Both the position numbers and the translations under genes were made by a program. 11,098 bases of DNA from Candidatus Poribacteria bacterium (lineage in GTDB: Bacteria; Poribacteria; WGA-4E; UBA9662), in the NCBI GenBank assembly GCA_036339735.1, contig JAYZAL010000106.1, positions 1 through 11,098 of the forward strand. Reading direction: 5' to 3'. Positions 1 through 5,922 of this stretch are shown in pieces (within the stretch, counting starts at the first letter, position 1; each line of letters opens with the position of its first letter). The notes beneath the pieces are model-generated. The model was not told the DNA's origin. It saw only the letters and a list, made by a program, of their open reading frames with translations, and did not search any database.

Positions 1-359
1 AATTGGGTCCGGATTCTTTTTTTGTGCCCACCTGAATGTAAGCGGGTTTCCCCACCAATTCCTCTTACATTCACAAAAGCCTCATCAATGAATAAGCCAT
101 CATGGCCTGCGTAACGACGAATATGTGAAATCCAGGACTCATGATCAATTAACTCTTCAAACCCCTGTCCCGCTTCAATAATATTGTGAATCTCATCTGG
201 TTTTAGTCGATGAATATTGCCATTCCACTCATTTAGAGACATCGATACATAAGGATCTAGCTCAGTGTTGAGTCGTGTGACCAATTCTGCTGATACGGCT
301 CCTTTAAGGTGTAGGTAACCACGTAAATCGAATAGATAATCTTCTAAGTTCTGTTCCAT
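1..359 (-). CDS. Phytanoyl-CoA dioxygenase (PhyH)-like Fe(II)/2-oxoglutarate-dependent oxygenase, N-terminal 119 codons; continues off the left edge
   Basis: Manual translation from ATG (complement of 357-359) is open to the edge: MEQNLEDYLFDLRGYLHLKGAVSAELVTRLNTELDPYVSMSLNEWNGNIHRLKPDEIHNIIEAGQGFEELIDHESWISHIRRYAGHDGLFIDEAFVNVRGIGGETRLHSGGHKKRIRTQ. The N-terminal 'F...GYL.LKGAVS' and the 'FEELIDH..W' helix are PhyH-family-like, and His108 sits where the first iron ligand is expected. An AGGAGA SD-like site lies at 372-377 (minus strand, 12 nt upstream). Family assigned by motif recognition, not by search. Confidence 0.8.
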   Translation of the reverse strand, partial: MEQNLEDYLFDLRGYLHLKGAVSAELVTRLNTELDPYVSMSLNEWNGNIHRLKPDEIHNIIEAGQGFEELIDHESWISHIRRYAGHDGLFIDEAFVNVRGIGGETRLHSGGHKKRIRTQ

Positions 360-410
360 CTCTTGCTATGATCTCCTACTGATTTTTCTGAAAAAATTTG
401 TTCGGTACAT

Positions 411-423
411 AACTATTATAGTT
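411..423 (-). promoter_or_regulatory. Candidate -10 box (TATAAT, complement of 415-420) for the PhyH-like gene, inside the palindrome AACTAT-T-ATAGTT
   Basis: Perfect TATAAT on the minus strand about 56 nt upstream of the ATG. No good -35 at 17 bp spacing. Confidence 0.4.
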
Positions 424-519
424 TTGCTCAGCCTAATTCTGATCCATCGCTCTAACTGCTGTTGGTGAATCTGCGGCTATATTATCTTTTATAACAAAAG
501 TTTTATTTTACTCATCTGG

Positions 520-531
520 GTCAGTACTGAC
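520..531. promoter_or_regulatory. Perfect 12-bp palindrome GTCAGTACTGAC, candidate transcription-factor site in the divergent intergenic region
   Basis: Seen directly. It ends 10 bp upstream of a possible promoter TTGGCA(542-547)-17 bp-TATCGT(565-570). Confidence 0.4.
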
Positions 532-691
532 TAATCAACTTTTGGCATTTCTGGTAGCTAGTTATATCGTGGATAATCGTACCAATTAAAAAATATTGCG
601 AAACACCCAGACTTACCATCGACAATAGTGTATCAAACTCTCGGACTGACAAAAAGATATTTGTCCGTTGAGGTGATAGGCCTGTTGGAAC

Positions 692-720
692 TTGACCCTT
701 TCCGAAGGATAGTCTATAAT
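692..720 (+). promoter_or_regulatory. Sigma70-type promoter of the tricorn protease gene
   Basis: TTGACC (692-697), 17-bp spacer, TATAAT (715-720): 11/12 match to consensus, about 50 nt upstream of the TTG at 772. Confidence 0.75.
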
Positions 721-771
721 CTTTTCTTTTTTCATCCGAGTTATAAGCCAAAGAATAATGGAGTAAGGATA

Positions 772-3700
772 TTGTCCAATAAATGTTACGCTCGTTATCC
801 GAGTATATATCAAGATCAACTAGTGTTTGTGGCTGAAGACGATTTATGGTTAATAACCGACACCGGTGGAATCCCTCGTCGTTTGACCGCTAATTTGGGT
901 GAGGTCACTCGACCTTTGATTTCTAACGATGGGCAGAAAGTGGCATTTATCGGACGTGAAGAAGGCCAACCTGAAGTCTATGTTATGCCAACGCTTGGTG
1001 GGGCTGCCAGTCGGTTAACCTACCTAAGTGCAGCTAGTGGGATTGCTGATTGGCAAGGCGACCAAATCATCTTTTCTAGTAATGCGGGTACACCATTCAG
1101 TCGATCTTACCAACTCTTCTCGGTTTCAGTGGATGGTGGGCTAGCTGAACCACTTCCATACGGCTCAGCTCAAACGATGGCCAAGGGAAAAAATGGAGGC
1201 TTGGTTATCGGTCGGTTTACAGCCGATCCCGCTCGATGGAAACGATACCGAGGTGGTACTACTGGTGTCTTATGGATTGATTTTAATGGTAATGGTCAGT
1301 TCCAAAGACTCGTCAATCTAGATGGAAATTTGGCATCTCCGATGTGGATTGATCAACGTATCTACTTTTTATCCGATCACCAAGGTATTGGTAATATTTA
1401 CTCATGTGACCCAGAAGGTCAAGACTTACAACGCCACACTGACCACGAAGATTTTTATGTTCGTAATGCGACTACTGACGGGAAACGGATCGCTTATCAT
1501 GCTGGAGGAGACCTGTTCATCTGTGCCCCTAACGACGATACAGTCATACCTATCGACATAGATTTCAGATCATCTGGTATTCAAAGAAACCGAAAGTTTG
1601 TCTTGGCAGGAAATTATCTAGAAACCTTCGATTTATCACCTAATAATACTGATCTGGCCCTAATTAGCCGAGGACAAGCCTTCAGTTTTGCTTACTGGGA
1701 AGGTGCGGTAAGCCGTCATGGCAGACTAACCCATTCTTCTGAGTTTCAGCCACTAACCACTGTTCGACATCGATTGGTGAGATGGTTGAATGATGGAAAG
1801 CGATTGGTAATGGTTAGTGATTCGGGGGACTCAGTCAATGATAAAGGGGACGAACGTCTAGAAATCCATCATCTTGACACTCAGATAGCAACCACAATTT
1901 TAGACCAGTTAGACCTTGGTCGACCAGTTATGATGGTTGTATCACCAAAAGCTGATTTGTTAGCCTTGACTAATCATCGAAATCAACTAATTTTGGTTGA
2001 TTTAAAAGAAGAAACTGCACAAATTTTAGATGAAAGTTTGCATGGGTCGATCTCAGGCTTGTCGTGGTCGCCTGACGGGCACTGGATAGCCTACGGTTTT
2101 TCGGCTACTCAGAATACCAGTGAGATCAGGTTAGTAGAAATTGAGTCAGGTCAAATTCATACGGTTACTCAACCTATTCTACAGGATACTAATCCGTCTT
2201 TTTGTCCTGAAGGGAAATATTTGTATTTCCTTGGGAAACGTGAATTTAATCCTGTTCACGACAATCTACATTTCGATTTAGGGTTTCCAAGGGGAGTACG
2301 CCCCTTTCTGCTGACATTACAAAAAGATCTAATTTCACCTTTCGTACCACAGCCAAAACCACTACTTGATCCAGATAAAGAAAAGAATCAAGACGAAGAC
2401 TCTAATGAAGAAAAAATTCTGGATGGCCAAGATTCCATCGCTGATTCAGAACGAGACGAAAATGCGGATACTGGACAGGAGATAGACGAGTCAACAGATG
2501 ATTCTGATTTAGTCGAAGATACTAATATTCGTATTGATTTAGATGGTATCCAAGACCGGCTGGCAGCCTTGCCGGTACCAGATGGTCGATACGGCAAAAT
2601 TATCGCATTAAAAGACAAAGTTTTATTTACTTCCTTTCCAGTTGCTGATCGAAAAGGTAAAGTTGCACTTGAGATGTATGACCTCGAAAAGCAAGATAAG
2701 CAGACTATTGCTAACGATGTAACAGATTTTACCATCAGCAAAGATGGTAAAGTCCTCACCTATCGGTCTGGAGCTCGCCTCAGAGTAATTAAAGCTGGTG
2801 TCAAAGCTCCAGAAAAAGACGAAGTTAATCGGACTGGTGGTTGGATAAATTTACAAAGAATAAAAATTTCTGTCGATCCGGTTGCTGAATGGCATCAGAT
2901 GTATCGAGAGGCTTGGCGTTTACAAAGAGACCATTTCTGGGCTGAAGATATGTCGGGAGTAGACTGGACTCGTGTGTACTCCCGGTATCTACCCTTAGTT
3001 GACCGTATTGCTAGTCGGAGTGAATTTTCTGATTTGATGTGGGAAATGCAGGGCGAACTTGGTACATCCCATGCTTATGAAAGTGGTGGTGATTATCGTA
3101 AAAATCCACATCAATATGGGCAAGGCTATCTGGGTGTAAAATTGAGTTTCGATCCAGTCGACAATGGTTACCAAATTCAGCATATTTTGAGCGGGGACCG
3201 ATGGCGAGAGGGACAAGATTCTCCACTCAATGCTCCCGGTATTAATGTGTCCGTGGGAGACAAAATTATGGCTATCAATGGTCAACCGTTAGACAAAGAT
3301 ATAACGCCCAGTCAGTTACTAGTTAACCGGGCTGGCCAAGAAGTGAGCTTGACAATCCAACCATTTTCAACGGTAAATGAAGATGAATCGGTAGATAAAG
3401 AACAGAAACCGGAGTCTAGAGTAGTGACGATCAAAACAATGGTGGAAGAAAGATCTGCTCACTACCGAGAGTGGGTTAGTCTGAATAGGCAGCAGGTTCA
3501 CTCCCAAACTAAAGGTCAAATTGGTTACGTGCATATACCAGATATGGGCGTTGCAGGTTATGCGGAATTCCATCGGGCATATTTAGCTGAAGTTGAACGA
3601 ACAGCGCTAATTATCGATGTGAGATGTAATGGAGGTGGTAACGTCTCTCCATTAATTCTCGAGAAACTAGCCCGTAGAAGGATTGGCTATGATCGACAGC

Positions 3701-4158
3701 GTTGGGGACAACCTATAGCTTACCCCTATGATTCTGTTTTAGGTCCTATGGTAGTGGTAACAGACGAGCTAGCAGGCTCGGATGGCGATATTTTCAGCCA
3801 TTGTTGGAAGTTAATGGGGTTAGGTAAGTTAATCGGAAAAAGGACTTGGGGCGGCGTTATTGGCATTTCACCCAAACATGGATTAGTTGACGGTGGTAGA
3901 ACGACACAGCCCGAGTATTCATTTTGGTTTAAAGATGTTGGTTGGTCTGTAGAAAACTACGGTACCGATCCCGATATTGAAGTGGATTATGCACCACATC
4001 ACTACGTTGAAGGTGTTGACCCACAACTGGATAAGGCAATTGAAATTATTCTGAATTTACTGGAAACTGCCCCTCCAGAGATACCTGATTTAGAAAATCG
4101 ACCTAATTTAGCACTGCCAACTGAACTACCTCCTCGGCCACAAAATTCTTCACCTTAG
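772..4158 (+). CDS. tri: Tricorn protease homolog (peptidase S41; beta-propeller domains, PDZ-like domain and catalytic core), about 1128 aa, probably cytoplasmic
   Basis: Tricorn-like motifs: N-terminal 'YARYPSI...VFVAEDDLW', 'WKRYRGG', 'GELGTSHAY' (candidate catalytic His, codon 3070-3072), 'GYVHIPDMG', 'IIDVRCNGGG', 'AGSDGDIF' (catalytic Ser, codon 3778-3780), 'GKRTWGGVIGI', 'VENYGTDPDIEV', 'DPQLDKAI'. The ORF track starts at 628, but GGAG (760-763) 8 nt before an in-frame TTG (772) and a promoter at 692-720 favour 772. No signal peptide is visible. Confidence 0.95.
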   Translation: MSNKCYARYPSIYQDQLVFVAEDDLWLITDTGGIPRRLTANLGEVTRPLISNDGQKVAFIGREEGQPEVYVMPTLGGAASRLTYLSAASGIADWQGDQIIFSSNAGTPFSRSYQLFSVSVDGGLAEPLPYGSAQTMAKGKNGGLVIGRFTADPARWKRYRGGTTGVLWIDFNGNGQFQRLVNLDGNLASPMWIDQRIYFLSDHQGIGNIYSCDPEGQDLQRHTDHEDFYVRNATTDGKRIAYHAGGDLFICAPNDDTVIPIDIDFRSSGIQRNRKFVLAGNYLETFDLSPNNTDLALISRGQAFSFAYWEGAVSRHGRLTHSSEFQPLTTVRHRLVRWLNDGKRLVMVSDSGDSVNDKGDERLEIHHLDTQIATTILDQLDLGRPVMMVVSPKADLLALTNHRNQLILVDLKEETAQILDESLHGSISGLSWSPDGHWIAYGFSATQNTSEIRLVEIESGQIHTVTQPILQDTNPSFCPEGKYLYFLGKREFNPVHDNLHFDLGFPRGVRPFLLTLQKDLISPFVPQPKPLLDPDKEKNQDEDSNEEKILDGQDSIADSERDENADTGQEIDESTDDSDLVEDTNIRIDLDGIQDRLAALPVPDGRYGKIIALKDKVLFTSFPVADRKGKVALEMYDLEKQDKQTIANDVTDFTISKDGKVLTYRSGARLRVIKAGVKAPEKDEVNRTGGWINLQRIKISVDPVAEWHQMYREAWRLQRDHFWAEDMSGVDWTRVYSRYLPLVDRIASRSEFSDLMWEMQGELGTSHAYESGGDYRKNPHQYGQGYLGVKLSFDPVDNGYQIQHILSGDRWREGQDSPLNAPGINVSVGDKIMAINGQPLDKDITPSQLLVNRAGQEVSLTIQPFSTVNEDESVDKEQKPESRVVTIKTMVEERSAHYREWVSLNRQQVHSQTKGQIGYVHIPDMGVAGYAEFHRAYLAEVERTALIIDVRCNGGGNVSPLILEKLARRRIGYDRQRWGQPIAYPYDSVLGPMVVVTDELAGSDGDIFSHCWKLMGLGKLIGKRTWGGVIGISPKHGLVDGGRTTQPEYSFWFKDVGWSVENYGTDPDIEVDYAPHHYVEGVDPQLDKAIEIILNLLETAPPEIPDLENRPNLALPTELPPRPQNSSP

Positions 4159-4206
4159 ATAAAACGGTAGAAGCAAGACTGATTCATTGTTTTGTCCTGA
4201 TAGACT

Positions 4207-4307
4207 AAAGTTAAGCTGGGAGATTCAATTTTGTTTCTTGGTTCTTGTAAGGTTGTATAACCACAACACTAAAGGATTAAAAACAACCTGAATCTCCAGT
4301 TTCTTTT
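4207..4307 (+). other. Long imperfect RNA hairpin (~100 nt) after the tricorn stop codon; possible terminator, 3' stabiliser or small RNA
   Basis: Nested complementary segments: AAGCTGG/CCAGTTT, AGATTCA/TGAATCT, TTGTTT/AAACAA, TTGGTTCTT/AAGGATTAA (three G-U pairs), GTTGT/ACAAC, loop ATAACC. It ends in TTTCTTTT (4300-4307). Confidence 0.55.
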
Positions 4308-4596
4308 GATCTGTTGATTTTTGTGGTATCGGAGAAACCTTTCTGGCTATTGCTTGGCTATGTGCTAATTTGAACGAAGATTTTCCACATTATCAGGTTT
4401 ACCACTTGAGTCTTTAAACTTGCTTCCTTTTTGCAGCCAACTCCTTATCACAGCGAACCTTTGTATATACTACTTAAAATAACTCGATTTTTCTCACTGT
4501 GGAGTAAAAGATAAGGCCTATCACTTCCTATTGGGTGTGTTTAACTGGCGATCAAGATTAGTCGTTGAGGCCGACTGTATCTGTTTTGCTGGCATA

Positions 4597-4625
4597 TTGA
4601 CAGGTAATAACCAACGTGCTATAAT
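4597..4625 (+). promoter_or_regulatory. Perfect-consensus sigma70 promoter with extended -10 for the lipoprotein gene
   Basis: TTGACA (4597-4602), 17-bp spacer ending TGC, TATAAT (4620-4625). SD AAGGAG at 4653-4658, GTG start at 4668. Confidence 0.85.
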
Positions 4626-4667
4626 CGAGGCCATCTCGACTTTTCATGTTAGAAGGAGCATAAAATT

Positions 4668-5519
4668 GTGAATAAGAGGAATATACTGCTGTGTCTTTTT
4701 GTGGCTGGTATTGTAGGAATTATAAGTGGCTGCTCGAAAAATGTCAGTGAACTTAGCCCGCAACTAAAAACACATCAGCGAGTAGCCGTAGCCCCGTTTT
4801 TGACGGATAAAACCTCAAAGGGGATGGAGAGACGATTTGCCATCGACCTAGCAACCCGACTAAGTTTAGCAGCAAAAGAAAATGAGTGGATCTATGATCA
4901 ATCGGCGACATTAAATCCAGTATCTGTTGCGCTAACTGAATTAGAACAAGTAGAAACAATTGAAGAAATCAGTGCAGATGGCGAATCCAAAGAAATTAAG
5001 GTTCCTACAATTAAAGCTGCGTTCGAAGCTGCCGCAGATAAGGATTCCGAGGATGCTACCCTCGCTGCTGCAGTTGGTGAAAAAGTAGGAGCTGACCTAA
5101 TTTTAATTGGCAGTATTGAAAAACTCAAAATCGACGAGGAAATGGATAGTAGGCCAGCCTTTGACATGAGTAATCAAGCTGGTATTTCTGGAACGACCCG
5201 TTTTGTATTAGTTTACCAGTGGGCTGAAGTCGATATGCACGTAATTGCTGTGGATGTAAAAACGAAAGAAATTGTTTGGAACAATAAAGGATTGAAAGGA
5301 TACATTAAATATTGTAGGGAGTTTCAAACACAAGATCCGGCCAAAGAATATAGCCGAGTATCAGAAGAACAAATCAGAGCTGACCTGAGAAAGCATATGG
5401 TATCACGTCTGGGTAATCAGATGATGGGTGATATTGTTCGCGGTCGAGATATTCCCGATTACTTGATGAAGCCTTCTCGTCGACTGATTCGTGCGGGTGG
5501 TGAAATTCGACTCAAGTAG
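4668..5519 (+). CDS. Lipoprotein of unknown function (283 aa) with a CsgG/FlgO/LpoB/TolB-N-like alpha/beta signature
   Basis: Basic N-terminus (MNKRN), hydrophobic stretch and lipobox I-S-G-C22. 'RVAVAPF', 'VGEKVGADLILIGSI' and 'VDVKTKEIVW' resemble the CsgG/FlgO/LpoB-type fold pattern. Good SD 9 nt before the GTG. CDS and lipobox are well supported; the family is tentative. Confidence 0.8.
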   Translation: MNKRNILLCLFVAGIVGIISGCSKNVSELSPQLKTHQRVAVAPFLTDKTSKGMERRFAIDLATRLSLAAKENEWIYDQSATLNPVSVALTELEQVETIEEISADGESKEIKVPTIKAAFEAAADKDSEDATLAAAVGEKVGADLILIGSIEKLKIDEEMDSRPAFDMSNQAGISGTTRFVLVYQWAEVDMHVIAVDVKTKEIVWNNKGLKGYIKYCREFQTQDPAKEYSRVSEEQIRADLRKHMVSRLGNQMMGDIVRGRDIPDYLMKPSRRLIRAGGEIRLK

Positions 5520-5561
5520 CTTGCTTCGAAATTGGGTTCATCCAAGTTGGTAAAATCTTCG

Positions 5562-5594
5562 AGGGGTGGTAGAATTTTTCTACCACCTTTTTTT
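5562..5594 (+). terminator. Rho-independent terminator of the lipoprotein gene
   Basis: Stem GGTGGTAGAA (5565-5574) / TTCTACCACC (5578-5587), loop TTT, then seven T (5588-5594), about 45 nt after the stop codon. Confidence 0.9.
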
Positions 5595-5718
5595 GTTATG
5601 ACACGTAAAATCGTGGGGGAAGCTATTTCCTAGAAGCACCTCTTTTCTTTCTGCTGTGGTAATCAGAATAATATCTGTTTGGCAACATAGAAATTGGTAA
5701 ATTAACCAAGATTCTCCG

Positions 5719-5727
5719 TGCTATATT
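5719..5727 (+). promoter_or_regulatory. Possible extended -10 promoter (TGcTATATT) for the TPR/FG-GAP gene
   Basis: TGn-TATATT downstream of the terminator, sharing CGTGCTATA with the lipoprotein promoter. No recognisable -35. Confidence 0.35.
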
Positions 5728-5922
5728 CAAGTTGTTTTGAAATGTCTAAAGTATTTGTTGTTTAGGCGACCAGTCGGTATTCAGATTAGCATAACCAATT
5801 ATTTGGATGATTCTTTTTATCCTGTCAATACCACTCCATCTAGTGGTAACTAAGAAAGTTTTTAGACTCTCTTGTTTGGCCTTACAAAAATTTATTTAAG
5901 TTCATTCGTTAGGAGAATCACT

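Noticed and set aside
521..819. Minus-strand ORFs 521-751 (76 aa) and 613-819 (68 aa)
   Set aside because: No recognisable motifs, and they overlap the tricorn promoter and start region; probably chance ORFs.
1322..3573. Short ORFs inside tricorn (1322-1561 +, 2388-2759 -, 2995-3285 -, 3011-3226 -, 3367-3573 -)
   Set aside because: Shadow frames of a well-supported gene. The Ser-rich 2388-2759 ORF is largely the antisense reading of Asp/Glu codons in the acidic insert.
4365..4451. 28-aa minus-strand ORF MIRSWLQKGSKFKDSSGKPDNVENLRSN (GTG start), considered as a small protein or type I toxin near the long hairpin
   Set aside because: Hydrophilic with no transmembrane helix, weak SD, and a length expected by chance.
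4753..5167. Minus-strand ORFs 4753-4959 and 4898-5167
   Set aside because: Antisense shadows of the lipoprotein gene, which has its own promoter, SD, lipobox and terminator.
4257..5798. Recurrent TAACCA hexamer in intergenic DNA (near 4258, 4607, 5703 and 5792)
   Set aside because: Short and AT-rich with no consistent position relative to promoters; not distinguishable from background by eye.
4595..5830. 10-bp inverted pair TATTGACAGG (4595-4604) and CCTGTCAATA (5821-5830) flanking the lipoprotein unit, considered as invertible-segment ends or an antisense promoter
   Set aside because: Only 10 bp, plausible by chance in AT-rich DNA. There is no recombinase or transposase in the window, and the minus-strand TTGACA has no good -10 at 16-18 bp.
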